A stretch of DNA of 64,000 nucleotides, taken from assembly GCA_003133645.1 (NCBI GenBank), contig PKYI01000159.1, positions 11,381 through 75,380 on the forward strand. Reading direction: 5' to 3'. This document shows, piece after piece, positions 1 through 8,747 of this stretch. The notes under the pieces were generated by a model. The model had not been told where the DNA came from. It made no database searches and worked only from the letters and a program-made list of their open reading frames with translations. Made by a program: the position numbers and the translations under genes. Every line of letters begins with the position of its first letter. The stretch's first letter is position 1. The DNA comes from Acidobacteriota bacterium (GTDB lineage: Bacteria; Acidobacteriota; Thermoanaerobaculia; Thermoanaerobaculales; Thermoanaerobaculaceae).

Positions 1-729
1 CCGGTCGTCGCGCTTCTCGGCGATGTCAGGGTCACCTCCGAGGTGGTCGGAGACGTCGTGGCGGTGGGGGGCGACGTCGAGCTGGCCCCCGGCAGCTCGG
101 TCCGGGGCGACGTCGTCGCGCTCGGTGGGCGGACGTCCGGGCCCGGTTCGGTGAGCGGGCGCGTGGCCTCCGAGTGGGGGCTCGCGCCGTTCGCTCCGAG
201 CGGCGAAGTCCCGCGCGGCGACGCGGCGTCCGCCTGGGGGTTCGCGCTGCTCCGCGCGGGCGCCTGGGCCGTGCTCGGTTCGCTGTTGCTGCTGGCGTTT
301 CCGGGCCCCGTTCGGTCGGTCAGGAAGCAACTCGCCGGGCAACGCTGGTGGGCCCCGCTCGTCGGGGCGCTCGCTCTGCTGGTGTGGCTCGCCGCGGTGG
401 TTCTCGCCATGGTGCTGACCGGCTCGCCGGCCGGCGCGGCGTTCCTGCTCCTCGCGGTGGCCGTCCTGCTCGTCGCAAAACTCGTGGGCGTCGTGGCCGT
501 GGCCTCCCTCCTGGGTGAGGCGGCCGGGCGCCACCTGCCGCTCGCCCTGCGCGGCGAGATCGCGCGCGCGGGAGTGGCGCTGCTTGTCCTCTGCGGCCTC
601 ACGCTCGTCCCGGTGCTGGGCGCCGCCGTCTGGCTCTTCGCCAACGTCGTCGGGATCGGAGCGGTGGTCGGAACGGCGCTCCAGCGTCGCCCGCTGGCGT
701 TTCTTTTGCCCAGTGTCGCGGCCCGCTGA
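1..729 (+). CDS. Membrane protein, 5'-truncated at the window edge. Bactofilin-like G/D/V repeat followed by several hydrophobic helices.
   Basis: The frame of ORF 43..729 stays open back to nt 1 (PVVALLGDVRVTSEVVGDVVAVGGDVEL...). GDVV / VRGDVVALGG repeats are followed by long A/L/V-rich TM-like stretches. Confidence 0.5.
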   Translation, partial: PVVALLGDVRVTSEVVGDVVAVGGDVELAPGSSVRGDVVALGGRTSGPGSVSGRVASEWGLAPFAPSGEVPRGDAASAWGFALLRAGAWAVLGSLLLLAFPGPVRSVRKQLAGQRWWAPLVGALALLVWLAAVVLAMVLTGSPAGAAFLLLAVAVLLVAKLVGVVAVASLLGEAAGRHLPLALRGEIARAGVALLVLCGLTLVPVLGAAVWLFANVVGIGAVVGTALQRRPLAFLLPSVAAR

Positions 730-925
730 CGTGCGCAGCCGCAGCCGAGCATCCGTCCCCGAGGGGCGCCGGCCGAGGCGCCGGGAAGCGCCTGAACTGT
801 TCCCGTTGTCGTCCGTCCGAGAAGTGCCACCTCGAACCGAGCAACGCACCGCCCCTGCCGCGGCAAACGCCGCGCGGGGCTCGCAGCCAGCGGGTCGCAC
901 GACCCCACCCCCGGGAGGCCAGTTG

Positions 926-3900
926 ATGAGAGATCTTCGCAACGCGTTGTTGGTCGCCGTCTTCACCGCCGCCGCCGTGCCGGCCCTCGCGGCCGTGGAC
1001 GCCCGGCTGATGCGCCAGCCCGCCGTGTCCGCGACGCAGATCGCGTTCGTGTACGCCGGCGACGTCTGGGTCGCCCCGAAAGGGGGTGGGATCGCCGAGC
1101 GGCTCTCGACCCCGAAGGGCGAGGAGTCGTTCCCGCGCTTCTCGCCGGACGGCTCGCTGATCGCGTTCACCGGCAACTACGACGGCAACGAGGACATCTA
1201 CGTCATGCCCGCCGACGGCGGGCTGCCGCGGCGCCTCACCCATCACCCGACGCCCGACCGGATGCTGAACTGGTACCCGGACGGCAAGTCGATCCTCGAC
1301 GCCTCGCCGATGGAGAGCGGAAGCGTGCGGTTCAACCAGCTCTACCGCATCTCGGTGGACGGGGGTCTTCCCGAGAAGCTCGCCGTGCCGTACGGCGAGT
1401 TCGGCGAGATCTCGGCCGACGGCAAGACCCTTGCGTACATGCCCAGCAGCCAGGACTTCCGAACCTGGAAACGGTACCGCGGCGGGTGGGTCTCACGGAT
1501 CTGGTTGTTCGACCTCGCGACGCATGCCGCCAAACAGGTCGGGGACGACAACGCCAACTACAGCCAGCCGATGTGGCACGGCACGACGCTGTACTTCCTC
1601 TCTGACCGCGATGCGGCCAAGCGCAACAACATCTGGGCGCTGGACACGGCCTCGGGTGCGATGCACCAGGTGACGGCGTACACCGAGTACGACGTGCACT
1701 TCCCCTCGACTGGTCCGTCGGATATCGTCTTCGAGAACGGCGGCCGTCTCTACCTTCTCGACCTGGCGACCGAGAAGGCGCACGAGGTGAAGATCGAAGT
1801 CGTGACCGATCGCGCCACCCTGAAGCCGCGCCTCGAGAAGGTTACCGATCTGATCGAGGACGCCAGCGTCTCGCCCTCCGCCAAGCGGGTGGCGTTCGAG
1901 GCGCGCGGCGACGTGTTCACCGTCCCGGCCGAGCACGGGCCGACATTCGACCTGACCCGCACGTCGGGGATCGCGGAGCGGTTCCCCGCGTGGTCGCCCG
2001 ACGGTAAGCTGATCGCCTACTGGAGCGACCGGTCGGGCGAGTACCAGCTCATCGTTCGCAACGCCGACGGTTCGGGGGAGGAGCGCACCGTCACTAAACT
2101 CGGCCCCGGCTTCCGCTACCGGCTGTTCTGGTCGCCCGACTCGACCAAGGTCGTGTTCGCCGACCAGGCCCAGGACATCAACGTGTGCGACGTCGCATCA
2201 GGTATCGTCACCAGGATGAGCAAGGGCCTGTACATGTTCGAGGGTCAGCTGGAAGGCTTCACCGCGAGTTGGTCCGCCGACTCGCGCTGGGTGGCGTTCG
2301 GAAACGACCTCGCGAATCGGGGCGCCGCCATCTTCCTCTACGACACCCAGGAGAAGAAGCTGAGCCAGGTCACGTCCGGCTTCTACGACGACAAGAGCCC
2401 GGCGTTCGACCCCGAGGGCAAGTACCTGTACTACGTCTCCGGCCGGACGTTCCACCCCTCCTACGGCACCGACGTCAGCTGGATCTACGCCAACACCGAC
2501 AACCTGATCGCGGTCCCCTTGCGGGCTGACGTGGCGTCGCCGCTGGCGCCGCGCAACGACGTCGAGGAGGGGAAGAAGGACGAGGGCAAGAAGGACGAGG
2601 GCAAGAAGGACGAGGCCAAGAAGGCCGAAGACGGCGGCAAAAAGGACGGGGCCAAGGGCGACAAGACCGACAAGAAGGCCGAGAAGCCGGCCAAGCCCGA
2701 ACCGGTCAAGATCGACCTCGCGAACTTCGAGGAGCGGGCCGTGATCCTGCCGCCGAAGGCCGGCCGGTACGCCGACCTCCAGGCGCTGGCGGGCAAGCTT
2801 TTCTACCGCAGGCTGCCGCTAACCGGCTCGGGCGAGGAGAAGAGTCCGGTCGTCTTCTACGACCTCAAGGAGCGTGAGGAAAAGACCGTGGTCGCCGATG
2901 CGGACGTGTTCGAGATCGCGGCCGGCGGCGACAAGATCCTGATCGTCAAGAAGAAGGACTTCGCCCTCGTCGACCCCAAGCCGGACCAGAAGATGGAGAA
3001 GAAGCTGGCCACCGGTACGCTCGAGATGACCGTCGACCCGGCCGCCGAGTGGCGCCAGATCTTCGCCGACGCCTGGCGCTTCGAGCGTGACTTCTTCTAC
3101 GACCCGGGCATGCACGGGGTGAACTGGAACCAAATGCGCACCCGTTACGGCGCGCTGGTCGACGCGTGCGTGACTCGCGACGACGTCAACTTCGTCATCG
3201 GCGAGCTGATCGCCGAACTCAACTCCTCGCACACGTACCGTGGCGGCGGCGACGTCGAACATGGCGAGAAGCGCGGCGTCGGTCTCCTCGGCGCCGACTA
3301 CGCCATCGAGAACGGCGCGTACCGCATCAAGAAGATCTACCAGGGCGCGCCCTGGGATGCCGAGGTGCGCTCGCCGCTGGCGGAGCCGGGGATCAAGATC
3401 AGCGAGGGCGATTACCTGCTCGCCGTGGACGGCGCCAGGGTGGACACCAGCCAGGACCCGTGGGCCGCGTTCGACGGCCTCGCGGGCAAGGACGTGATGC
3501 TCACCGTCAACGACAAACCGACGATGGCGGGCGCGCGCCAGGTGCTCGTCAAGACGTTGGACAGCGAGGTGCGCCTGCGCAACCTGGCGTGGATCAACGC
3601 CAACCGCCTCAAGGTGGACCGGGCGACTGGCGGCCGCATCGGCTACATCTACGTGCCCGACACCGGCAGGGACGGCCAGGACGAGCTCTACCGCCAGTTC
3701 ATCGGCCAGCTCGGGAAGGACGGCCTGGTCGTGGACGAGCGCTTCAACTCGGGCGGCCAGATTCCGGACCGCTTCATCGAGCTGCTGAACCGTCCGGTGA
3801 CCAACTTCTGGGCCGTGCGGGACGGCAAGGACTGGCAGTGGCCGCCGGCCTCCATCCCGGGTCCCAAGGTGATGCTGATCAACGGCTGGAGCGGCTCGGG

Positions 3901-4240
3901 CGGCGACGCCTTCCCGCTCTACTTCAGGATGGCCCACCTTGGGCCGCTGATCGGCCGCCGCACGTGGGGCGGACTGATCGGCATCTCCGGCGCCCCCACG
4001 CTGATCGACGGAGGTTCGGTCACGGTGCCGACGTTCGGCATCTACTCCACGGACGGCAAGTGGATCGTCGAGGGGCACGGCGTGGACCCCGACATCGACG
4101 TGATGGACGACCCGGCAAAGATGTGGGATGGCGGCGACCCCCAGCTCGACCGGGCGATCGAGGAGGTCACGCGCCTCGTGAAGGAACATCCGCCGGTTGC
4201 ACCCCACCGACCCGCGTACGAGAACCGTTCTGGGAGTTAA
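926..4240 (+). CDS. Tricorn protease homolog (beta-propellers + PDZ + S41-type C-terminal peptidase domain)
   Basis: An internal ATG at 926 (MRDLRNALLVAVFTAAAVPALA, signal-like) lies in frame with ORF 515..4240. Propeller motifs FSPDGSLIAFTGNYDGNEDIYVMP and WSPDGKLIAYWSDRSGEYQL are present. The C-terminal catalytic region reads NGWSGSGGDAFP...GRRTWGGLIG. The upstream 137 codons of the ORF are R/P-rich GC artefact. Confidence 0.85.
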   Translation: MRDLRNALLVAVFTAAAVPALAAVDARLMRQPAVSATQIAFVYAGDVWVAPKGGGIAERLSTPKGEESFPRFSPDGSLIAFTGNYDGNEDIYVMPADGGLPRRLTHHPTPDRMLNWYPDGKSILDASPMESGSVRFNQLYRISVDGGLPEKLAVPYGEFGEISADGKTLAYMPSSQDFRTWKRYRGGWVSRIWLFDLATHAAKQVGDDNANYSQPMWHGTTLYFLSDRDAAKRNNIWALDTASGAMHQVTAYTEYDVHFPSTGPSDIVFENGGRLYLLDLATEKAHEVKIEVVTDRATLKPRLEKVTDLIEDASVSPSAKRVAFEARGDVFTVPAEHGPTFDLTRTSGIAERFPAWSPDGKLIAYWSDRSGEYQLIVRNADGSGEERTVTKLGPGFRYRLFWSPDSTKVVFADQAQDINVCDVASGIVTRMSKGLYMFEGQLEGFTASWSADSRWVAFGNDLANRGAAIFLYDTQEKKLSQVTSGFYDDKSPAFDPEGKYLYYVSGRTFHPSYGTDVSWIYANTDNLIAVPLRADVASPLAPRNDVEEGKKDEGKKDEGKKDEAKKAEDGGKKDGAKGDKTDKKAEKPAKPEPVKIDLANFEERAVILPPKAGRYADLQALAGKLFYRRLPLTGSGEEKSPVVFYDLKEREEKTVVADADVFEIAAGGDKILIVKKKDFALVDPKPDQKMEKKLATGTLEMTVDPAAEWRQIFADAWRFERDFFYDPGMHGVNWNQMRTRYGALVDACVTRDDVNFVIGELIAELNSSHTYRGGGDVEHGEKRGVGLLGADYAIENGAYRIKKIYQGAPWDAEVRSPLAEPGIKISEGDYLLAVDGARVDTSQDPWAAFDGLAGKDVMLTVNDKPTMAGARQVLVKTLDSEVRLRNLAWINANRLKVDRATGGRIGYIYVPDTGRDGQDELYRQFIGQLGKDGLVVDERFNSGGQIPDRFIELLNRPVTNFWAVRDGKDWQWPPASIPGPKVMLINGWSGSGGDAFPLYFRMAHLGPLIGRRTWGGLIGISGAPTLIDGGSVTVPTFGIYSTDGKWIVEGHGVDPDIDVMDDPAKMWDGGDPQLDRAIEEVTRLVKEHPPVAPHRPAYENRSGS
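2573..2632 (+). repeat. Codon-aligned 15-nt tandem repeat (AAGAAGGACGAGGGC, about 4 units) encoding (KKDEG)n inside the tricorn CDS
   Basis: Direct reading gives aagaaggacgagggc x2, then aagaaggacgaggcc, then aagaaggccgaagac. It lies inside a K/E/D-rich linker, EEGKKDEGKKDEGKKDEAKKAEDGGKKDGAKGDKTDKKAEKPAKPEP. Confidence 0.9.
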
Positions 4241-4245
4241 TGGTG

Positions 4246-4287
4246 AGGCGGGCGGCGCAGTCGCGCCGCCCGCCTTCCTCATTTCTT
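4246..4287 (+). terminator. Rho-independent terminator candidate after the tricorn gene
   Basis: AGGCGGGCGGCGC-AGTC-GCGCCGCCCGCCT is a perfect 13-bp GC stem. It starts 6 nt after the TAA stop and is followed by the T-rich run TCCTCATTTCTT. Confidence 0.6.
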
Positions 4288-4473
4288 GGCGCCGCCGGCG
4301 TCGGACCATCTGCGTTGTCGGGCTGCGGCGGTTCGGATCCTCACCTAGCCTCCGGCTAGGCTCCGGTCCGACCGCCTTGCCCTCCTAGCAGCTGGCCCAA
4401 CGGCGGCGGCGCGGCTTCACGCCGCAAGTTGCGAGATCCTGCCTACGACGAAGCGGCCCATCTTTCTGTTGTC

Positions 4474-4545
4474 ATCCCCGCGAACGCGGGGATCCAGGCG
4501 CCGGCCCTGGTGAGTCGGTGACTGGGTTCCCGCTTGCGCGGGAAC
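4474..4545. repeat. Two REP-like palindromic hairpins in inverted orientation (4474-4493, 4526-4545)
   Basis: gtcATCCCCGCGAACGCGGGGATccag and ctggGTTCCCGCTTGCGCGGGAACgac. Same family as 30222-30340 and 35108-35127. Confidence 0.85.
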
Positions 4546-4613
4546 GACGACAGAGGAAGGATGCGCGGCCTGCGGCCGTCGCAGCCGGCTCTGACCGCGG
4601 AGCACGGTCGACG

Positions 4614-4641
4614 ACCCACGACCCACGATCCACGACCCACG
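4614..4641. repeat. Heptanucleotide tandem repeat (ACCCACG)x4, one unit degenerate
   Basis: acccacg acccacg atccacg acccacg read directly; it ends repeat copy A. Confidence 0.9.
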
Positions 4642-4708
4642 TTTTCTCCAACCCTGCCCCCGGTCTCTGGCGGTTTGACCGGCGGGGGCGTTGGAGCTAT
4701 AAGCGGGC

Positions 4709-5500
4709 GTGCCCTCCTCGCAACGTGGCGTCGCGGATTGGGTGGGGTTCGCGCTCATCGCGCTGGTCGTGAGCGCGTTCCCAGAGAAGTCCAAGCGTGA
4801 GGGCTGGCTTTCCTCTTACGCGTCGCCTGCGGCGCACATCGTCTCCGGGTGGGTCGAGACCTTCCTGTCGGCCGCACTCTTCATCATGGGGATGTTGCTC
4901 TACGTCGCCGCGTTCAACCGCGGGGCCGGGTGGACGTACGTGGTCCACCAGCCCACGCTCAGCTACGGCGACTTCTTCGGGGTAGGCGCCCTCGGGTACC
5001 TGAGCTACATGCTGACGCCCGTCGCCTGGGTCACCGTGTACTGCTTCGGCGAGGGGATCGTGCGGGCGCTCGACGCCGCGATCTCGGAACGGATGCTCGG
5101 GATGGCGCTGGTGGTGCTGCCGTGGCGGGCGATCGAGGCGGCGAGGAGGGGCCAGCAGCGGGCGAGGATGACACTGCTGCTCGGCCCTGAGCGCCCGGAC
5201 GAGGTGGTCCTCTGGGAGGGTTCCCCGGTGGCGCTCACGATCTTCGCGAGCCGGAGAAAGCCCTGGACATCCCACCAGGTGATCGAGCACCGCGGGGAGT
5301 TCTTCCGGCTGCTGGGGGTGACGATGGCGCGCCAGGGCGGGCACGGCGCGTTTCGGTACGATTTCGGCCACCTCGAAGCGAGGGAGGTCATCCGCGGCGC
5401 ACCGGTCCGCTACGCGCCCGACGAGCAGCTCGCAGCGGCCGCCGGCTCCGAGGGGACTGCGGTGCGGCCCGAAGTCCGGAACGAACCTGGATCCGGCTGA
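4709..5500 (+). CDS. Hypothetical integral membrane protein
   Basis: 263-aa ORF (GTG start) with several hydrophobic segments (WVGFALIALVVSAF, FLSAALFIMGMLLYVAAF, LGYLSYMLTPVAWVTVYCF). No family recognised. The start codon is uncertain. Confidence 0.5.
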   Translation: MPSSQRGVADWVGFALIALVVSAFPEKSKREGWLSSYASPAAHIVSGWVETFLSAALFIMGMLLYVAAFNRGAGWTYVVHQPTLSYGDFFGVGALGYLSYMLTPVAWVTVYCFGEGIVRALDAAISERMLGMALVVLPWRAIEAARRGQQRARMTLLLGPERPDEVVLWEGSPVALTIFASRRKPWTSHQVIEHRGEFFRLLGVTMARQGGHGAFRYDFGHLEAREVIRGAPVRYAPDEQLAAAAGSEGTAVRPEVRNEPGSG

Positions 5501-5575
5501 GGCAGTGGGGCTCGTGCTTGCCCTCGGCCGCGCGCGAGAGTTCCGCCCCTCGTCGCGCGCGCTAAACTTGCGGCG

Positions 5576-8374
5576 ATGACACGCCGGTCCATTGCGCGCG
5601 ACCTTGCCGGAATCGCGGCGCTCGCGGTCGCGTACTTCGCGGGCGCGCGTCTGGGGTTGCGGTTCGTCGACATCGGCCCGCAGGTGAGCGCCGTGTGGCC
5701 GCCCGCCGGGATCGCCCTCGCGGCGATCCTGCTCGGCGGGTACCGTCTCTGGCCGGGCATCGTCCTGGGAGAGTTCGCGTCCAGCCTCGTCGCTGGGCTC
5801 GCGCTGCCGGCCGTCGTGTGGCTCGCGGCCGGCAACACCGCGAAGGTGCTCCTCGCGGTGTGGCTCCTGCGGAGGTTCGTGGGTTTCCGCAACGCGATGG
5901 AGCGGGTGCGGGACGTGATCGGCCTTGCGGTGGTCGGAGCGTTGCTCACGACCGCCGTAGGCGCGGCGGTGGGGGTGGCCTGCCACATGGTCTGCTCCGG
6001 ACTGGCGCCGGCTGCGGCCGCGGGTTTCGGGTTTACCTGGTGGCTTGCCGACGCCACCGGGGTGCTGCTCCTGACGCCGGCCATCCTGACCTGGGCGAGC
6101 TGGCGGGCCGGTGGGGTCTCCGTCCGGCGCCTGGCCGAGGGCGGCGCGCTCGCGGTGACGCTCGTCGTGATCACCCTGCTGGTCTTCACCGGCCGCCTGC
6201 AGCAGCCGTACCTCATCGCCCCCGTCCTGGTGTGGGCGGCGCTCCGCTTCGGCCCGCGCGGGACGGCGACCGCCATCGTGCTCGTCTCGTCGCTGGGCAT
6301 TGCGATGACGAGCAAGGGGATGGGTCCGTTCATCCTGGCTACCCCTACCGCGAGCCTGCTCTCGCTGCAGGCCTTCCTGGGAGTGGTCGCCGTCACGACG
6401 ATGCTGCTGGCGGCGATCCTGACCGAGCGCCAGGCGGCGCGCGAGGCGCTCGAGCGCGCCCTCGCCGAGGTCGAGAGCCGCGTTCAGAAACGCACGGACG
6501 AACTCGAGCGCGCCAACGCGGCGCTGCAGCTGGCACAGACGCAGTGGTCGCAGTTCCTCGAGGCTTCGCCCGACGTGATGTGGATCAAGGACGCCGATGG
6601 CCGCTACGTCGCGGTCAACGACGTCTTCCTCCGCTTCTGGGGAAAGCAACGAGATCAGCTGGTGGGAAAGACGGACGACGGGCTCGGGACCCAGGAGCTG
6701 GCCGCGGTCCGCGCGAGCGACGCCGCCGCGATCCGTGACGGGAGCTACGAGGGCGAATTCACCGAGCGGCAAGCCGGCCAGGAGTCGGTGTTCCACGTCA
6801 AGAAGGTCAGGTTGTACGACGCCGAGGGCCGCGTGGTCGGGACGCTGGGCCTCGCGCGCGACGTCACCGAGCGCCGGCGCGCCGAGGACGCGCTCCAGCG
6901 GGAGAAGGCGTTCACCGACGCGGTGGTTGACAGCCTGCCGGGGATCTTCTATGTGCTCGACACCCAGGGGCGGTTCGTGCGCTGGAACAAAATGGCGGAG
7001 AACCTCTCCGGGTTCCCGGCCGCGAAGCTTTACCGCAAGCGCGCGCTCTTCATGATCCCGAGGAAAGATCGGCCGCTCGTCGAGCGCAAGATTCGGGAGG
7101 TCCTCGAGACGGGCCAGGCGGAGACGGAAGCCACGGTGGTGGACCGAGAGGGAGCGGCGCGCGTCTTTCTCCTCACGGGTACGCGGGCCGCCATCGGCGG
7201 CGAGACGTACCTCGTAGGGCACGCCATCGAAATCACCGAGCGCAAGAGGATGGAGGAGCACCTGCTGCAGGCCCAGAAAATGGATGCCGTCGGCAACCTG
7301 GCGGGCGGTGTTGCCCACGACTTCAACAACCTGTTGCAGGCCATGCTCTCGCTGACGCAACTGATCCGGCTCGACCAGCCTGACGAGAAACGGCGGCTCG
7401 CGCGTCTGGCCGAACTCGAAGACCACATCAAGCGCGGCTCGCGGCTCACGCGGCAACTCCTGCTCTTCTCGCGGCAGGACACGGTGCGGCCGGAGTCGCT
7501 CGACCTCAACGAAGCCGTGCTCGAGGCCGAGGTGCTGCTGCACCGGCTGTTGCGCGAGAATATCGCCCTCGAGATCGAGTTGACGGCCGGGCGGCTGCCG
7601 ATCGAGTTCGACCGCCACCAACTCAACCAGGTCATCATGAACCTGGCCGTCAACGCCTCGGACGCGATGCCCGAGGGAGGACAGCTCACTCTCCGCACCG
7701 CCGCCATGGGCGACTCGTGGGTGCTGCTCACCGTCGAGGACACCGGGCACGGGATCTCCGACGAGATCCGCGAACGCGTCTTCGAGCCGTTCTTCACCAC
7801 GAAGGGCGCCGGCAAGGGGACCGGGCTCGGGCTCTCGGTGGTGCACGGCATCGTGACGCGGCACGGCGGGACGGTCGAGATCGAGAGCCGAGCGGGCGCG
7901 GGCGCGGTGTTCTCCATCAAGTTGCCCCGCGCTGCGGATGTCGTCGGTGAAAGACCGGGAGACGAACCTCCCGCGGGCGCGTTCGAGACCGGACGCGGCG
8001 AGAGGATTCTGGTGGTGGAGGATGAAGAGGCGGCGCGGGAAGGGCTCAAGGAAATCCTCGGGATGCTCGGTTACGAGGTCGTGGCGGTCGGCAGCGGCGA
8101 GGAGGCGGGCCTGCTTCCGGCGCGGCCCGGCTTCGACCTCTTGCTCACCGACCTCATGCTGCCCGGCATCTCAGGGATGGACCTCCGCTCCGGGCTTCGG
8201 GACCGCTGGCCGGAGCTGGCCGTGATCCTGATGTCTGGTTACCCGCAGGACGAGGCGCTCCGCGACCAGGTCCATTCCGGGGAGGTGCGCTTCCTGCAGA
8301 AGCCGTTCGGGATCGCGCAGCTCGCCCGCGAGTTGCACGCCGCCCTCGCGGGCCGCCCGTCGCAGCCGGCATGA
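5576..8374 (+). CDS. Hybrid sensor histidine kinase (MASE1 membrane sensor, 2 PAS, HisKA/HATPase_c, C-terminal receiver)
   Basis: The N-terminus is MASE1-like (AYFAGARLGLRFVDIGPQVSAVWPPAGIALAAILLGG). PAS segments are present (DVMWIKDADGRYVAVNDVF; GIFYVLDTQGRFVRWN). H-box: GGVAHDFNNLL. G-boxes: DTGHGI, GTGLGLS. Receiver: ILVVEDEEAAREGL...LLLTDLMLPG. Confidence 0.9.
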   Translation: MTRRSIARDLAGIAALAVAYFAGARLGLRFVDIGPQVSAVWPPAGIALAAILLGGYRLWPGIVLGEFASSLVAGLALPAVVWLAAGNTAKVLLAVWLLRRFVGFRNAMERVRDVIGLAVVGALLTTAVGAAVGVACHMVCSGLAPAAAAGFGFTWWLADATGVLLLTPAILTWASWRAGGVSVRRLAEGGALAVTLVVITLLVFTGRLQQPYLIAPVLVWAALRFGPRGTATAIVLVSSLGIAMTSKGMGPFILATPTASLLSLQAFLGVVAVTTMLLAAILTERQAAREALERALAEVESRVQKRTDELERANAALQLAQTQWSQFLEASPDVMWIKDADGRYVAVNDVFLRFWGKQRDQLVGKTDDGLGTQELAAVRASDAAAIRDGSYEGEFTERQAGQESVFHVKKVRLYDAEGRVVGTLGLARDVTERRRAEDALQREKAFTDAVVDSLPGIFYVLDTQGRFVRWNKMAENLSGFPAAKLYRKRALFMIPRKDRPLVERKIREVLETGQAETEATVVDREGAARVFLLTGTRAAIGGETYLVGHAIEITERKRMEEHLLQAQKMDAVGNLAGGVAHDFNNLLQAMLSLTQLIRLDQPDEKRRLARLAELEDHIKRGSRLTRQLLLFSRQDTVRPESLDLNEAVLEAEVLLHRLLRENIALEIELTAGRLPIEFDRHQLNQVIMNLAVNASDAMPEGGQLTLRTAAMGDSWVLLTVEDTGHGISDEIRERVFEPFFTTKGAGKGTGLGLSVVHGIVTRHGGTVEIESRAGAGAVFSIKLPRAADVVGERPGDEPPAGAFETGRGERILVVEDEEAAREGLKEILGMLGYEVVAVGSGEEAGLLPARPGFDLLLTDLMLPGISGMDLRSGLRDRWPELAVILMSGYPQDEALRDQVHSGEVRFLQKPFGIAQLARELHAALAGRPSQPA

Positions 8375-8747
8375 CCCAGGCCGTTCCCGACTGTCGTTGA
8401 CGCTACGCGATCGTTTCTAACAGACCACGGACCACAACTTGTGTATGTTGCTGGTGGGTGAAACGGACGCACATGGGGAGCCTGCCGGAGACCAATGGGT
8501 ACCCCCTCGGTGGATGGAAATGTGGATGGCCTACTGCGACTCTGTCGCTGTATTTTGGTCAATTGAGCATGGAGACGCGGAGGGTTGAGCCGTCGAGTAC
8601 CCCGAGTTGGAAGTGGATGGCCCCAGACACCTGGCGGGACCGCAATCGGAAGGTGGGCTTTGTCGTTCGTCGCGAGAAGGGGACGCTCCAGGCGACCTTC
8701 TCGGGTGAAGCCGATGGGGTTGAGTGCCATCCTCTACCTCTCGGTCA

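Larger units (their letters stand above)
4288..4641. repeat. Composite dispersed repeat element, copy A (core + 2 REP hairpins + conserved tail + heptamer microsatellite)
   Basis: GGCGCCGCCGGCGTCGGACCATCTGCGTTG...CAGCTGGCCCAACGGCGGCGGCGCGGCTTCACGCCGCAAG aligns along its length with 14684..14850. The tail GCGCGGCCTGCGGCCGTCGCAGCCGGCTCTGACC matches 14918..14950. Confidence 0.8.

Noticed and set aside
515-925. N-terminal 137 codons of track ORF 515..4240
   Set aside because: The segment is R/S/P-rich and overlaps the end of the upstream membrane gene. A signal-peptide-like Met at 926 gives a normal tricorn N-terminus.
4697-7864. 1055-aa ORF on the minus strand opposite the MASE1/PAS hybrid kinase
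   Set aside because: The translation is R/P/G/H-rich low-complexity with no motifs. It is the antisense shadow of a well-supported plus-strand gene in stop-poor high-GC DNA.
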